Origin: Nageia nagi
Taxonomy: Eukaryota > Plantae > Pinophyta
Assembly (NCBI GenBank): GCA_050084985.1
Contig: JBITNC010000001.1
Location: forward strand, 137,392,001-137,456,000
Length of the DNA stretch: 64,000 nucleotides
Reading direction: 5' to 3'
Under the pieces are notes generated by a model. The model was not told the origin of the DNA and ran no database searches. It saw only the letters and a program-made list of their open reading frames with translations. Shown piece after piece: positions 36,213 to 50,000 of this stretch; position 1 is the first letter of the stretch, and the number at the start of each line of letters is the position of its first letter. Position numbers and translations under genes: made by a program.

Positions 36213-39200
36213 TGGATACTCAAATTCGATGGTTCCAAATCCAAGCTTGGAAGCAGAGCTGACGTCGAACTGCAGAATCCTGAAGGGAAGAGGTATCAGG
36301 CCTCGTTTCGGTTGCAGTTCCCTTGCACATGCAACTTTGCTGAATATGACGCACTAGTTCTCGGACTAAAATTGGCTCTCCGAAAGGGTGTGAAGTACCT
36401 AAAGATAATAGGAGATTCAAAGCTGGTGGTGAACCAGATCTGAAGTATGTACTCATGCAAGGATCTGAGATTGCACAGATACCGGACCTGAGTGTGGGAC
36501 CTCCTGAGGGATTTGGAGTCTCACGATCCAAGCTGTCTTGCGAAGACAAAATTTGGTGGCGAAATCTTTAACCGTTGCTGCAAGCACACTCCAACCCTTG
36601 GAAAATACCTTATTGTGGAGGTTCACTGTTGAGCTGGTCCTAGTACCTTCCGTTCCCGATAACATTACCCACCTTCAAGTTTTCCAAGATGAGCAACAGA
36701 TCCAAGATTTCTTGGTGAATTCTACAATGTTTGTTTCTTAGACCTTTGAAGAAGAATCTTCCGACTTTGATATGGATCATAACAAAGTCTTAATGGAAGA
36801 AACCCTAGATGATGGTGTCATCCAATTGAAGACAAATAAGATCCCTAGAGGAATTGTGACCTTGGAACGCCTATTTGATCACGATGTAATCCACAATCCA
36901 GTTGCTGTTCGGATTGATGTTGAAGCGGTTAACTTGGGAACGAAGTCAGAACCCAAGAACATCCTCTTTGGGAAATCCTGTGTCGATGCCAAAAGAGTGG
37001 AAATCATTCGCGTCATACAAGAGTTCATCAATATCATAGCATGGAGGTATGAGCATCTTAAGACATATGATCCCAACATCATTACTCATACTATTCCCCT
37101 CAAATCGAATGTGAAGCCTTTCAGACAAAAGCAAAGGGTGGTTAATCCCATCCTAGAGCCCTTGATTTTACAAGAAGTTCAAAAATTGGCCCAATCCAAG
37201 ATTATTTTTCCAGTAAGACACTCGTCATAGGTTGCGAATATAGTTCTTGTTCGGAAGAAAAATGGAGAGATACGGGTTTGCATTGACTTCAAACATCTCA
37301 AACAAGCTTCCAAGAAAGATAATTACCCCCTTCTTTCCCTGGACAAAGTCTTGTAGATTGTAAATGGTTTGCAGATGATGTCCTTTTTGGATGGATATTT
37401 AAGTTACAATCAAATTTTTGGTTGATGAGAATGATAGATTGAAGACAGCCTTCACTACCAAGTGGGGAGCATTTGCATACAGCCGAATGCCCTTTGGCTT
37501 GATAAATGTCAGTGCTACGTTTCAGCGAGCCATGGATTTTGCCTTCCAAGGATTGATCGGGAAGTCCATTGTTATTTACATGGATGATCTGATAGTGTTT
37601 TCAAAAGATAGACCTTCTCATGCAGAGGATTTAAGGAGTCTTTGAAAGGTGTAGGAAGTTTGGAATTTCCTTGAATCCCAAGAATTGCATTTTTGGCACT
37701 TCCAAAGGGAGACTGTTGGGTCACATCATCTCTGAGCATGGAATTTCTATCGATCCTAAAGGATGAATGCCATTCAGAAAATCCCATATCCCTCAAATGT
37801 TAAGGAGCTGAGGTCATTCATGGGTCATATTAATTTTGTCCGCAAGTTCATCTCAGGCTTTGCCGAGATTGCTAAACCCATCAATGACATGTTGAAAAAA
37901 GATGCCAAAATAGTGTGGAGCGAAGATGCGCGTAAAGCCTTTCACGATCTCAAGAATGCCATTTCCAATGCCCATGTCCTCACTAGCCCTGATTACAAAC
38001 GCCCGTTCTGTTTGTACTCTTTTGCATCGACTCATTCTTTAGTTGGATTCCTCACTCAAAGGATTGAAGAGGAGTATCATGAGAAGCCCATTGGATTTAT
38101 GAGCGCCCCTCTGAAAGATGCTGCTTTAAGATACCCTCCTGTTGATAAACAAGTGTATGCCTTGGTTAGAGCAGTCAAAAATTCAAGCATTATATCCTTA
38201 GAAGCCATGTCACTGCTATCGTGCCTGATGCAGTTGTGAAGAATTTACTTGTTCAGCATGAGTTGGGTGAGAAACGAGGAAATTGGGTGACCACTCTCTA
38301 GGAATACGACCTCACTATTCAACCAATGAGTATTGTACAAGGCCAAGGGCTTTCATGCACACTCGCTTTCTGCAGGAATCTTGTTGATCCAAAAGAACCG
38401 AGAGATGATGCTTATATTATGTTATGTTAGTATGCAACTTCAAAAGGCTCATGGTATGAGGATGCAACTAGATATCTCACTTTTGGTTCTTATCCCTATC
38501 ATTACAATCAAGCCTAGAAAAGAGCCTTGAGATATAGATCTGCCAAATTTATGATCAAGGCCAACAAGTTGTTTCACACAAATCATGAAGGCATCTTCTT
38601 GAGGTGCCTTGAAGAGAATCAAGTTGCGAAAACACTAAAGTAGTTTCATGACCAAGACAATGGAACTGGCCACGCTCCCGGTCCTGTCTTGGCTCACCAC
38701 ATTCTAAGACTTGGATTCTATTGGCCAAACATTTTTAAGGATGCTTGTAAATACACGAAGAAATGCCATATTTGTCAAACCTCAGCTGGGAGAGAAAAAC
38801 ATTCCAATCTACCCCTTCAACCTGTGCTCAAGGTTAGACCTTTCACCAAATGGGGGCTAGACTTCATTGGCGTTATCCACCCCAACTCATCCAACGGGGC
38901 ACTGATTTATTCTCACCGCCACCGATTATTGCACCAGATGGACTGAAGCCAAAGCATGCAAAAATGCTACTTCTGAGGTCGTCATAGACTTCCTAAAGGA
39001 GTTCATAGTCACTAGATTTGGCGTTCCTTACAGTTTGGTGTGACAATGGCCCGGGTTTCATTTTGGCAAAATTGACAAAGTGGGCATATGATCGTGGCAT
39101 CAATATAAGTTACTCCTTAAATTACTATCCACAAGGCAACAAAGTAGCTGAGTCAACCAATAAAAATCTGGTCACGGTGATCAAGAAACTTCTGGCTCAA

Positions 39201-39708
39201 AACCCAAGAGAATGGCACTGTAAATTGAAGTATGCATTGTGGTCTAACAGGATCAGACTAAAAAAATCTCTCGATATCAGCCCATATCACCTGGTATATG
39301 GTACTGAACCCGTGTTCCCCATGCACTTGAAGATTGTAACCCTTTAGTTCATGAAAGAATATACTAGAACAGATGATGTGGTCAAAGCAAGATTGGCAAA
39401 TCTCCTCCAACTGGAAGAAAAGAGGGAGCAAGCCCTCCAGAGTATGATCCGTCATCAACAGATCACCAAGAAATGGTTTTGACAAAATTGCTCGGGCATG
39501 AAGTTTCGAACAAGACGATCTCGTCTTGATGTGGGATAAGGCACGCGAAGACAAACGGAAACATGCTAAATTTGATAGACTTTGGTTAGGGCCGTTTCTT
39601 ATTGAAGATCTTGCGGGCCCGAATTCTTTCAAGCTCAGGCAACTCACTGGGGAGGTGTTAACATTACCTGTTAATGGTAAGCAGCTCAAGCATTATTTTC
39701 AAGCTTGA
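36213..39708 (+). pseudogene. pol of Tat element A
   Basis: ORF pieces 36538-36741, 36772-37230, 37418-37645, 37763-38239, 38689-38946, 39018-39347 and 39526-39708. Confidence 0.9.
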
Positions 39709-40179
39709 AGGATATTTTACATCGTCTTGTACATACTATCGTGTTTGCAATTTGTTGTGTCTAGTTTTCTCATTCTGTCTGTGCTTAGTGTTCGTTGTCT
39801 CATCTATAGTTTGTTCGTTCGTTGGTTTTGTTTTATTTTAGCTATTGTTGTGCCTACACAACACCCCCCAAAATTTTTGCATTTTGAGGACCCTCGAAAT
39901 AGTAACAAGGGAAATGCATGTAAATATTCTTCAAAGGGAATGCATATGTTTTGGTCTAGCTTTAGGAAACATGTTTTAACTGCATTTTCATGGTAAAGTC
40001 AGGTCAGAATTATGCATTTCTCAGTTTGTCGCACATTTTTCAATGAGTGCTTTTGCATTCCTTTCAAACCATGCGACCAGCCTCTTTATGCGTTTTCATC
40101 ATCGTCACCTGCATTTCATGGTGTAGAATGGCACTTTTGGAGGTCTTCATGTTGCAGGAATTTGTCACTCTTTCTTTTG

Positions 40180-40680
40180 CATTTCATATATGTCGTTTTG
40201 GTCAAAATACGAGGAAAACCATGTCTTTTTCAACTTGTCGCATGTTTTTTGGTAAGTCCTTTTGGCACTCATCCAAAAGGGTGTGACCAAGGTGAAAGCC
40301 CTTTCATACTTAGCATTTTTGTTGCATGGAAAGTTGTCGCATGTTTTAAGGGGAGTCCTTTTGCACTCACCCAAAATAGTGCAACCAAGAAGAAAATCCA
40401 TACTTAGCCATTTTGGAGATCATGAAAAGTGGTTGCATGTTTTTGAGTGAGTCCTTTTGCACTCACTTAAAAGGGTGCAACCAAGGTGAAGTTTCATACT
40501 TAGTGATTTTTAGGATCACAAAGTTGTTGCATGCTATTGGGCAAGTCCTTTTGTACCCGTCCAAATCCATGCGACAAGAAGGAAAGGGACTTGGCCATTT
40601 TTTGAGCAACCAAGGCTAGTCGCACACTTTTGAATGAGTCCTTTTGCACTCATCTGAAACCATGCGACCAGATCCATGAA
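40180..40680 (+). repeat. Diverged tandem array (about 95-bp unit) between pol and the extra ORF
   Basis: Recurrent GT(C/T)GCATG....AGTCCTTTTGCACTCA...TGCGACCAAG, about 5 copies. Confidence 0.8.
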
Positions 40681-41781
40681 GGGAAAATTGGCTAAGTGTT
40701 ACGTTCAGTTTGTGGACAAGTGGAAACTCATGCATTGGACCTTCTCTCGCACCTATCATATGACGACACCTATCCTATCCGAAGGTACTATAAAAAGGAA
40801 GTCAGCCCAATTATCTCAGTTTGCAAACTTCTAGAGCAGAGTGTGGGACCAAGGGAGAAAAGCACCCCTTCCAAAATGTGCAACCTAGGGCAAATTGTAT
40901 TTTCCAAGCTATTTTTTGGAATTTCTGGTCTTGAGAAGCATGCCAAACCCCAGGCGCAAGGATTGTGAGGCATGCTTTAGCACCCTTCCAAAACGGTGCG
41001 ACAAGGGTTGAAGTTCAATGTTAGCTTGGAATTTGGCTATGTACCCAAAAGACTAGTTGCATGCTTTTCATCACATGCTTTTGCAGTCATCAAAAACCAT
41101 GCACCCTTGTTCTTGCTCCACCATTTAACCCCTAGACTAATCAACAAGGAGGTGACATGTGGCAATGCAAGAATTTATAAATATCACTCACCCCTTAGTC
41201 ATTTCAATCACTCCATTTCAGATTTGCCACCCTTTTTCAATCTCACCATTTCTCATACATGCTTTTGCTCTCACTTCAAATTGTGCGACCAGAAAGAGGA
41301 GAGGTTTTGTGGGACATTGTGCATCCAATTAGCCTTTTTTCGGCTAAGGCACTTCAATCCAGTTCCTGAACCTAGTCACATGTCTTCAAAGTAATGCTCA
41401 GGCACCCAATCAGAACCATGCGCCCAAAATTGAAGTGAAGAATTGTGTTCCAAAGTTTGACTAAGTGACCCTAGGCCCAGTCGCATGCTTTTCAAACTGT
41501 GCTTTTGCACTCATCAAGAACCGTGCGCCCAGGTTACAAGCTGATATAGGTCAAGTGTGAGATGCCAGGAGTTGAAAGGAAAAGAAGACAAAAGGCAAGC
41601 ATGCGCCTTGCCATGCATTCACCCTCCATGCATCTCATATAAAATGCGAAAGCAATTATCATTGTATGTTAGGTGTCCTACAAGCCTAAATCTATACGTT
41701 TGGTTCTGCCTTGCTGCATCTTTCACAATGTCCCAAACTTGCTTTTAGGACTTTTCTTTGGGGTTTTTCAAACATTCTTGC

Positions 41782-44700
41782 ATGACTTCTAGCATCAGAG
41801 CACCTCCATTGAGGGCCAGGAAGGTTCAAGGCCAGTTGTTTGAAAGACATGTAACTAAAGGTTCGATGACCCGACTTTTGAAAGAAAGCTTGATTAAATT
41901 TCGGGAGAGAGACCAAAGCTCCTTGAAGCCAAGTTCAACAGGAGACATATCTTTGTTGGTGACACAGATTGGGGAAACTTGGACCCCATCCAAACGTTAG
42001 CCTCCACATCCTCCATCAGCAAAGAGGACTTATCAAAAGAGCTCATCCACACAAGCGGCTTGTTCAATGCCGCTATGATGCCATTTGTTGTACCTTTTCC
42101 TAACCTATGTAGTGAGGTAGCCAGGATGTGTGAATATGATAAAAGGGTCCTGTAGGACACAAAGGGTAAAGTGATCATGGATTTTTCCCCTGCTGGAATT
42201 GAAGCAGCCTTCGATTGAAGAAGATATGAGGACAATTACAAATTGGCGTATTCTGAGGAGTTCCATGATTCCATAGCCCGACTTGGGGATTACATTCGGC
42301 CCTAGTTGCTAGAGGATTATCAAAATCTTCAAGGTTAGAGATTGATCAGCGCACAGAGAGAAGTTTCTACTCATTGTGGCAAAGTTGATCACTCTCTTGT
42401 CAAGGGTGATTGGTCAGGAAAATGATGCCAAGTATAGGAGGGAGTTCACGAGCTTCATTACAGTCATCAACTCAAGGAAACCTATTCAATGGGATGGGGT
42501 AATCAGTGATGCCCTACGCCACTAGTTAGCCTATTTGGGCTCCTTAAAGAGATTCTATATGAACTCTTATCTTGTGTACCTGTTGTTGCATGGTAAAGTC
42601 AGATCCAAGGAGTTGGCTGATGAAAGGTACTTGGGGCAGAAGAATGTCCCTGTGTGGAGAGCTTATCTGAGGTGGAGATACCATAACAAGTTCCAGTGTT
42701 TCTATGAGAGGATTGATCGTTGGAAATACGATATCTACAAGGATATCAAGGGGAGTTTGTTGTGAAGAGAATTTCTGATGCGGTCGTTCAAGCTATCAGC
42801 GTACATGTAGAATTCTTTCTGCAAAACGTTGACCATACATATATTAGAGTCTATGGCTTAGAGAAGCGACCCCTACTCCTGCCAAGATATGCCAATGATA
42901 GGTTGATTCTCATGGAGTTTGCCAGGTAGCTCCTATTCTTGAAAGAAAAGGTCTGAAAGAAGAATAAAGCTACTATCAATTTGCCTATCTCCATATCCAA
43001 GTACGTGTGCCAAATGTGGGTTGAGGCAACCAATATGAAGGAAGAGCTACAACAGTATAACTTTTCCAGGGAAGTTCCTGCTAGAAATTATGATTCTAAG
43101 GGCATAATTGCACGTTTCCATGATACTGCATTCCATAAGCCCATTGCATTTCTGCATAAGCTTTTGGGGAATGAAGAGAGGTATAGGAACGTGCGGGATG
43201 AAGGAGAGATTGCACGGATAGATGTTGTTTTGAGCAAGAAAAAGGCTCCCCTCCAAACAAAAAAGCCCCCTCAAAGACCTTGAACTACCAACGCCCAATC
43301 TAAAGAGAACTCTCTCAAGATCAGGTCTCCTTCTCCTGCTTGTACTACATCGTTACCAGGAAAGATACTCTTGCTTCCTGCAAGAAAGAGGCAAGAGGCT
43401 CCGAGGGAGCCCCATCCTAGGTCCTAGCAAGTGTAGTATGGTGGTAGCTGATCTCAGAGACACTGGCTATCATGGTTTCGCCTCGGATTTGTTAGATGAT
43501 GTAGTGAATGCAGCTTGTGCAAGTGATTCACCCACCGAAGCAATCCCTCCCAAACCTACTCATTCTCCTGGATGCAGGGAGAAAGTTCACCCTCTACAAC
43601 CAAGTTCCAGTTCCAATTTTGAACATTCCTATTCTTCTTCTGATGAAGATCTTGGCCGTGTGGTGGAAGGTTTTGGAGAAGGATCGGAAGGCCATAGCGA
43701 AAAAGAAGAAGAAGAAGATGATGATGTTAATGATGCTACTAGTATTCCTGAGCAGGAGGACGTGGCTATAGGTGCTTCAGCACCTAATGAAACAAAGGTT
43801 GAAACTATCCTAGATAATAAGATAGTGGACGTTGGTACTTATGATGACCGAATTCAGATAATTGGAGAGAAGTGCGCTAGAGAAGCGGTTGTCTCCAAAC
43901 CCTCTCCTGCCAAGAATAGGAAAAAGTCTCCCACTTCTTCACATAAGCCCTCCTCAAAGAGGACGAGCCATGAGAGATCTCCCCAACCACGAAGTAAAGG
44001 CATGTCCATACGTGGTGATGGAGGAGATGAGGAAGATGAAGGAGAGACTGAGGATCAGAAGAAGAAAAGGAAGCAAAAGGAGCATCAGGACAAAGACATG
44101 GCCGTAATTCAGACCACTCCAACAAAATAGGTTAAGAAGATTGATAAAGGAAGACTGTTGGTTTAGAGATTTCCCCCTCGGCCAGCAACAGAACACCCTG
44201 ATCTTGACCTGGATACCTGTCTTAGAGCCCTTAGCAAGAGCACGTCTCATGATGGAAACATAGACGAGGACTTATGCTCTAAGGATAAGGAAGAAGAACT
44301 TTCAGATGGCAAGAAGATTCAGAGGGTTGATACTTTTGTCTCCGCCTCTCAAAAAGAGATCTCCATTAGCCATTGCTACTCGAAGGAGAAGCATCCTCAA
44401 AGATCGAAGGACTTTGTCATTGAGACATTCAAGATGCCTATGAAACTAGGGTTGACAGCCAGAAAGCACATAGTCATGCAAAATTATGCAATCATGGAGC
44501 AGGAAGGCTACGAAGCCAAAAAGGAGGTGAAGAGGTTGAAGAAGGAACTCATGGCTAGCAGGAAAATCATCAAAGAATTTGAGAAAGTTAGCACCACCCC
44601 CTTAGATCTGCAGAGGCAAACTTCCTTCCATGAAGGATGGGAACTGATGAAGGAGCAACTTAAGGGGGAAGTGATAGAGGCCATCGATAGATTGACTTCG

Positions 44701-45303
44701 CAAATCTACAAGCTCCTTGCTGAAGGTGTTGAAATCAAAGACCTCAAGGCACGTATGTCAACACACCTTGGCATGTTGGATACTACCTTCCCAACGTCTC
44801 CCATCTACAGCACGTTTATGCTGACAATCTTGAAAAGTTAGTCTACTTCCACGAGTTCACTTATCATCATGATTGGTTGAACCACGCACTTGAAAAGTGC
44901 AACGCAGTCTTGAAAATCAGGATCCCCTTGAGAAAGGAGGTCGAGAAACAAATGAGTATGTTTATCAACTCAAGTTTCAAGGAGAGGACAACAATGATAG
45001 AAAGAAGCAGGCGGTATTAACAGAGGCTCAAAATCTGATTCAGGAGCATCTTGATGTTGACGATCTTAGCTTGCTAAAGGTAGGGCATCCCATCATCCAT
45101 GAGAGGCGGATGGTCGTTTGGAGACACTAGATGCAGGCCACGTCAAAGAAAATTGAGGATTATTTCCGACAGAATGGCAACACTATTGGCATGATCTCCA
45201 ACGGCATGCTGAAGACTGTGGCATTCTTGGAGGAGACCATTTAATCGTACGATCTCACTAGCGAGGAGTGTAACTCCGTTAGTATCAAATCAGATCTGGC
45301 CTA
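41782..45303 (+). pseudogene. Extra sense ORF of Tat element A (roughly 1100-1200 codons when repaired)
   Basis: Pieces 41758-42000, 42535-42765, 42720-42929, 42981-43283, 43438-44130, 44434-44841 and 44897-45130. Conserved N-half, acidic/basic low-complexity middle, coiled-coil-like C-part. Confidence 0.7.
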
Positions 45304-45387
45304 GGTCTGATCCACCTGCAAATTTTGTTTGTGGTATTTTCTCTTTTGTTTAATGTTGGTTGTTATGTCAAACTTTATTTCACTTGA

Positions 45388-45590
45388 TTTGATTGGTGTA
45401 GGGATGAGTTTTTGCTCCTGCCATGTCAAATCAGTCAGACTCATTTATGGCTCTGATCGGTGTAGGGATGAAGTTTTGATCCCGTCGGTTCAGATGTTAG
45501 ACTCCTTTATTGCATATGTGGCTTTTATCGGCATAGGGATGAGGTTTTGCTCCCGTCGGTTCAGATGTCAGACTCCTTTATTGCATATCT
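45388..45590 (+). repeat. Three copies of a 65-70-bp hairpin-forming repeat
   Basis: GG(T/C)(G/A)TAGGGATGA.(G/T)TTTTG(C/A)TCC at about 45395, 45459 and 45530. Confidence 0.8.
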
Positions 45591-45716
45591 GATTTACTTT
45601 TGAGTAGTTTAGAGATAGATTAAATGCATGTTGGATGTGGCATTTATATTTTGTCAGACTTTTAAGTGCCATTTGCATCGATTCATGTAGGTGATCTGAT
45701 TTTGTATTGGTATGTG

Positions 45717-46758
45717 TGTTGCATGTGTGTGCACCATATCAAATTTGATGCCTTTAGGGAAACACTTCTAGTGGCCTATTTATACTCCATTCGTGCCATT
45801 TAGAAGAGGATTTTTGACACAAGGGATTTTTGCATTGGACTTTTGCATATGAGATATTCACATTGGAGGATACCTACAATTTTGCATCTGGATTGTTGCA
45901 TGATTTTACACATTGTTGCATATGTGAGACTGCATTTAATGGAAATATCATATATTGAGGTTCTTGCATCTTTGAAATTCTGGCTATGAGTTTTCATGAA
46001 TGTAATAATTTTGAGTTGTTGCATCTTTGGTACTCACATCCCATTGCATAGAGGTTCGCTGCATAAGGGGTTCTATGCATGTTTATTGTTGAATGCCATT
46101 ATGAATGTGCTTCTTTAGAGGAATGAGACTAAAGTTCATATTGTGAAGAACATCATCTGTGGGATTATGCATATCTAAACGATTATCTCCTTGAATGGCA
46201 TATTGAATATTTATTTGAAATGGTTTGATTCTTCTTTGCATGATTTGCACGTAAGCGGATATATTTTGAGGCTTATAGCTTATGTTTATATCATTCGGTT
46301 AGGTTCTTGCACTTGCACCCTCACCTCATTGATACCCCTGCCACCGAGTCTTCCACCAAGACCCTACAACTTTTCGCTCTCGTCTCGTGGCTTGAAAGTG
46401 GGTGCTTCAACCTTAATGAATCTAAAGATGACCTGCCGAGACACTGTATCCTTGGTGATAACTTCACAAGTTATTTTTTTTCCTCATGTTCCCTTGCATT
46501 TATCCCTATGTTTGTCCCTACATTTGTGATCTTTCTTCGCTTTCGTTCACATTTATAGTCTTTCTTTGGTGTGGAAAGGAACTCTGGCATGTATTGCCCT
46601 TGTATACGGTTAACAACATGCATCTTTGACTGCTGAGCCTTAAAGACCATATTCCATGTGAGTGCTTGGGGTAACCAGTCCTTTCAGGCGGAAACAAGTA
46701 ACGTTGTTTCCTCCTAGTCTTGTGCATGTTTTGGGCGAGGAAAAAAAAAATACCAACA
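45717..46758 (+). repeat. Probable 3' LTR of Tat element A
   Basis: TGTTGCAT start (the same 8-mer that starts the Tat B LTR) and CCAACA end. No clear PPT, so the start is uncertain. Confidence 0.4.
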
Positions 46759-47057
46759 GATCTACCAATGGAAATTTGGAGATTACTGTAACTGCAAAAA
46801 TTAAAATACTGTCATGCAAGGGGGTGGCCTATTGCATACCGTCACACTTGACTAGGACTGCATTTATAATTAATCATCTTACTTCAATTTTAATTGTGCT
46901 ATATTTTCCAGGTATTTGAGGAGGGCTTATCACTTTAGGTGAAAAAAAGTATACAGGAATTGTTTCATATGTACTAAAGGAGATAGCACACACCTTTTGA
47001 TCAGAAAAATTACCAAAAGATGTCTAGAAAAGTTCATCAAAATAAAGTTATTTATAC

Positions 47058-50000
47058 CGTAGTTTACAAATACACTTTTTAGAAATAGAACCCGGGCCCA
47101 AATTTTAAAATTCTGGAAAAGTACGATGAATACAAGAAAATTTTGCAGCATAAAAGCCAGCAAATTCAAAAAAAAAAAGGGGAAAGAAACAACAAGTTTG
47201 AGAAAAAATCGTGGCGAAAAAAAGGCAAATTTGGAAAAAAGATAGGAAAAAGATGGTAAATTTGGGAAAAATACGTGGTACATTAAAAAAACAAAAAAAA
47301 CATGCAATTTTTTTATCTTTTTTCTATAGAATATGCTTATCTAATTACCATAAATGATTAAATCATTCAAATATGGGCCATATCATCTACCAAAACATTC
47401 ATAACATAAAATTTAAAGAAAATGATAGTAAATAGTAATTCATGTTCACAAATCATAGCATCAATACACAAAAATAAGAGTCATCTACAAAATGTATATT
47501 AGATGTTTACTCATAAAGTCATAAGTATACTATCTCATACTACCATTAAGTGCCAAGTGCCAACAAGTACAAAAATTACTAAATAACTAAATACAATGTA
47601 AGGGATCAAGGCATCGATGTGGATGGCCCAAGGCTCTAGCCCTTTTCCTAGACAATCTGCCACTTGTACCACCGCCACATGTTCCACTAGTAGGTGTAGT
47701 AGGAAAAGGTACTCTTGTAGCAGTAGGAGTACTAATACAAGGAGGCAATCCTATAATACTCAGGCATATCCTGGGCCTTTATCTCTAGTACCGAACAAGT
47801 GGTTCATCATCATCAAGCTCAGTCTCAACGTCAAAGTCGAACTCAAGATGATGTCCAACACCAAAGTTCTTAATAGGTGGCAATGGATCTGGAGCCAGAT
47901 CCTCAAAGTGTAGAGTACCAGCCAGTGACACATCCTCCTTCTCCATGACTGCAAGTGTATCTATCTCCTCCTCCAACTCGAGCCATTCAACTTGAAACTC
48001 CTACAATTATTCCTATGGATCTCCCAATACGTCACATGGAGGTACATCACTAAATGAGGGATCAATGGAAGACAAGTTAATGGGCTCATCATCATCATTC
48101 TTTTGGAGTTGCCTCACATACAATTGCAAGTTGACATAGACATACACAATATCATTTAAGTGTTGTGTTGTCAACCTAATAACATTAAACAAATTTCATC
48201 ATAATGAGAACTAAGAAGTGTCCATTGAATCTTGAAAGTTGGAAAGAATCAAAAATGAAATGAATCAAATTGCTAGCATGTTGCACTTCTTGGAGTGAAT
48301 TTTATCAAATGCACTCCAATTGCGCTCACATCTTGAAGCACTACATGTTTGACTAAGGATGTAGACGAAAAATCTTTGCAAATCAGGTACCTCACACCCA
48401 AAATTCGTCCACCACATTTCTAAAATTTGAAGTTATAAATCAAATCAGAAAATTCAAAATATTAAATTGGTAAAGCCTAAATGTATAAACTTAAAATTAT
48501 AAACTCTAAAGAACAACATAATGAACTTTGAACTTTTCTCACCTAAAGGAGCAAAAAATGTGACTCTTTAGGAGCACCAAAACCAAAGAGGCCTCTTGAG
48601 TTCTTGTACTTGTCAAGGTCTTTTAAGATTTTGGTACAAGTGATGGGATCACTCAACATACCAGATATGCACTTTGTTAGGCTCATTATCAATAATGTTT
48701 TCGTGCAAAAAAACAAGCTAGGGTTCAAGAGGGCCCTTGTTCCATGAATAGGGCGATACAACATATTGTGCTATCATTGATCAATGAAGTCCCAAAAGAT
48801 CATGTGCTTGTCACCAAACTCATTATTATCATTAGGGTGGTCAATATAATAATTTTTTATGGCCTCCTTGGCCCTAGCCATGGCCTCATACAAGTAGCCC
48901 ATAGTAGGCCTATAACCATGAACTAAATGGAGGACTCATGCAAGTGGCTCAATCATCGCACAAACCTCTTTGATGATCATCCAAAAGTCATCCTTGCCTA
49001 TCAAATAAGCCACTGCTTGGCCCTCTAGCCTCATGTTCATTGCGGAAGCACTCCACTCTCTACAAACAAACATTGAACGAATATCATGCATGCACCAAAA
49101 TATTGACTGAAGAGAGATGAAATTGGAGGTAACATATGTAACTATTGGGTGCAACAAGTACCTATTGTTGCTATATCTCATCATGCTAATAACTATCGAT
49201 TTATTATAAATGAACTTGGTGATTCACCTTGCTTGGTCAACCACCTTTTTCACCCAAGGCAATTTGCCTATGTCCTCCAAAAGAAGATCGATACAATGGC
49301 AAGCACATGGAGTCCAGTAAATGTAGTGATGCCTATCCATAAGCTTGTTACCAGTTGAAACATAATTAGCAACATTGTCAGTGACCACCTGGACAACGTG
49401 CTCCACCCCCACCTCCTTCACAAATTGATCTAATAGGTCACATAACATATTTGAATCCTTTGTTTGAGTGTATACATCCATGAATCTCATTAATATTGTG
49501 CCCTATTTGGAATACCCCAATAAATTAATTAGGGTTCTACCCTTATTATCTATCCACTCGTCAGATAATATGGTGCAACCCGATATCTTCCAAGAATCTT
49601 GAATGTCACCCTATCTGAAAAAATCAAAACAAAACAACTAAAATTTAAAATGCAACTAAGAATGTAATTAAAAAACTACAAGTAAAGAAATATTTTAAAA
49701 AATAATAATTAAATTTTAATATATACCTCTCTATGCACTCCTACTTGAGATAACGCATAAAATGCCCTTCCATTTCTGAATGAGTGAGCACCATGTTCCT
49801 AGCCCCAACTGCACAAGCTGCATCGAATGTTAGTTGCCAAGAATGGCTTCTGGTAATGTTGATCGGAACTACTCCATAATAAATTGGTTTGGCCACCATC
49901 AAGTTTTCGTGTTTCTCCTTATTCTTCTTCAAGATATTGGTAATAGATGGTTGGGCTCCAAGAGTTATTTGTGGTTCAAAGTATGAAGGGATTCCTATCC

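Larger units (their letters stand above)
35985..46758 (+). mobile_element. Tat-lineage Ty3/Gypsy retrotransposon A, 5'-truncated (aRH-RT-RH-INT, extra ORF, 3' LTR)
   Basis: aRNase H 'WILKFDGSKSKLGS...AEYDALVLGL...GDSKLVVNQI' at about 36213-36600; RT 'YMDD'; INT 'KWGLDFIG', 'YYPQGN', 'WLGPF'. Ends ...TACCAACA. No gag, protease or 5' LTR. Confidence 0.88.

Noticed and set aside
46895-46945. Plus-strand micro-exon (TTTTCCAG|GTATTTGAG...TTAG|GTGA)
   Set aside because: Isolated, with no other plus-strand exons to connect it to.
46930-47307. 125-aa Phe-rich ORF as a membrane protein
   Set aside because: It comes from the A-rich hAT subterminal region and crosses the TIR boundary.
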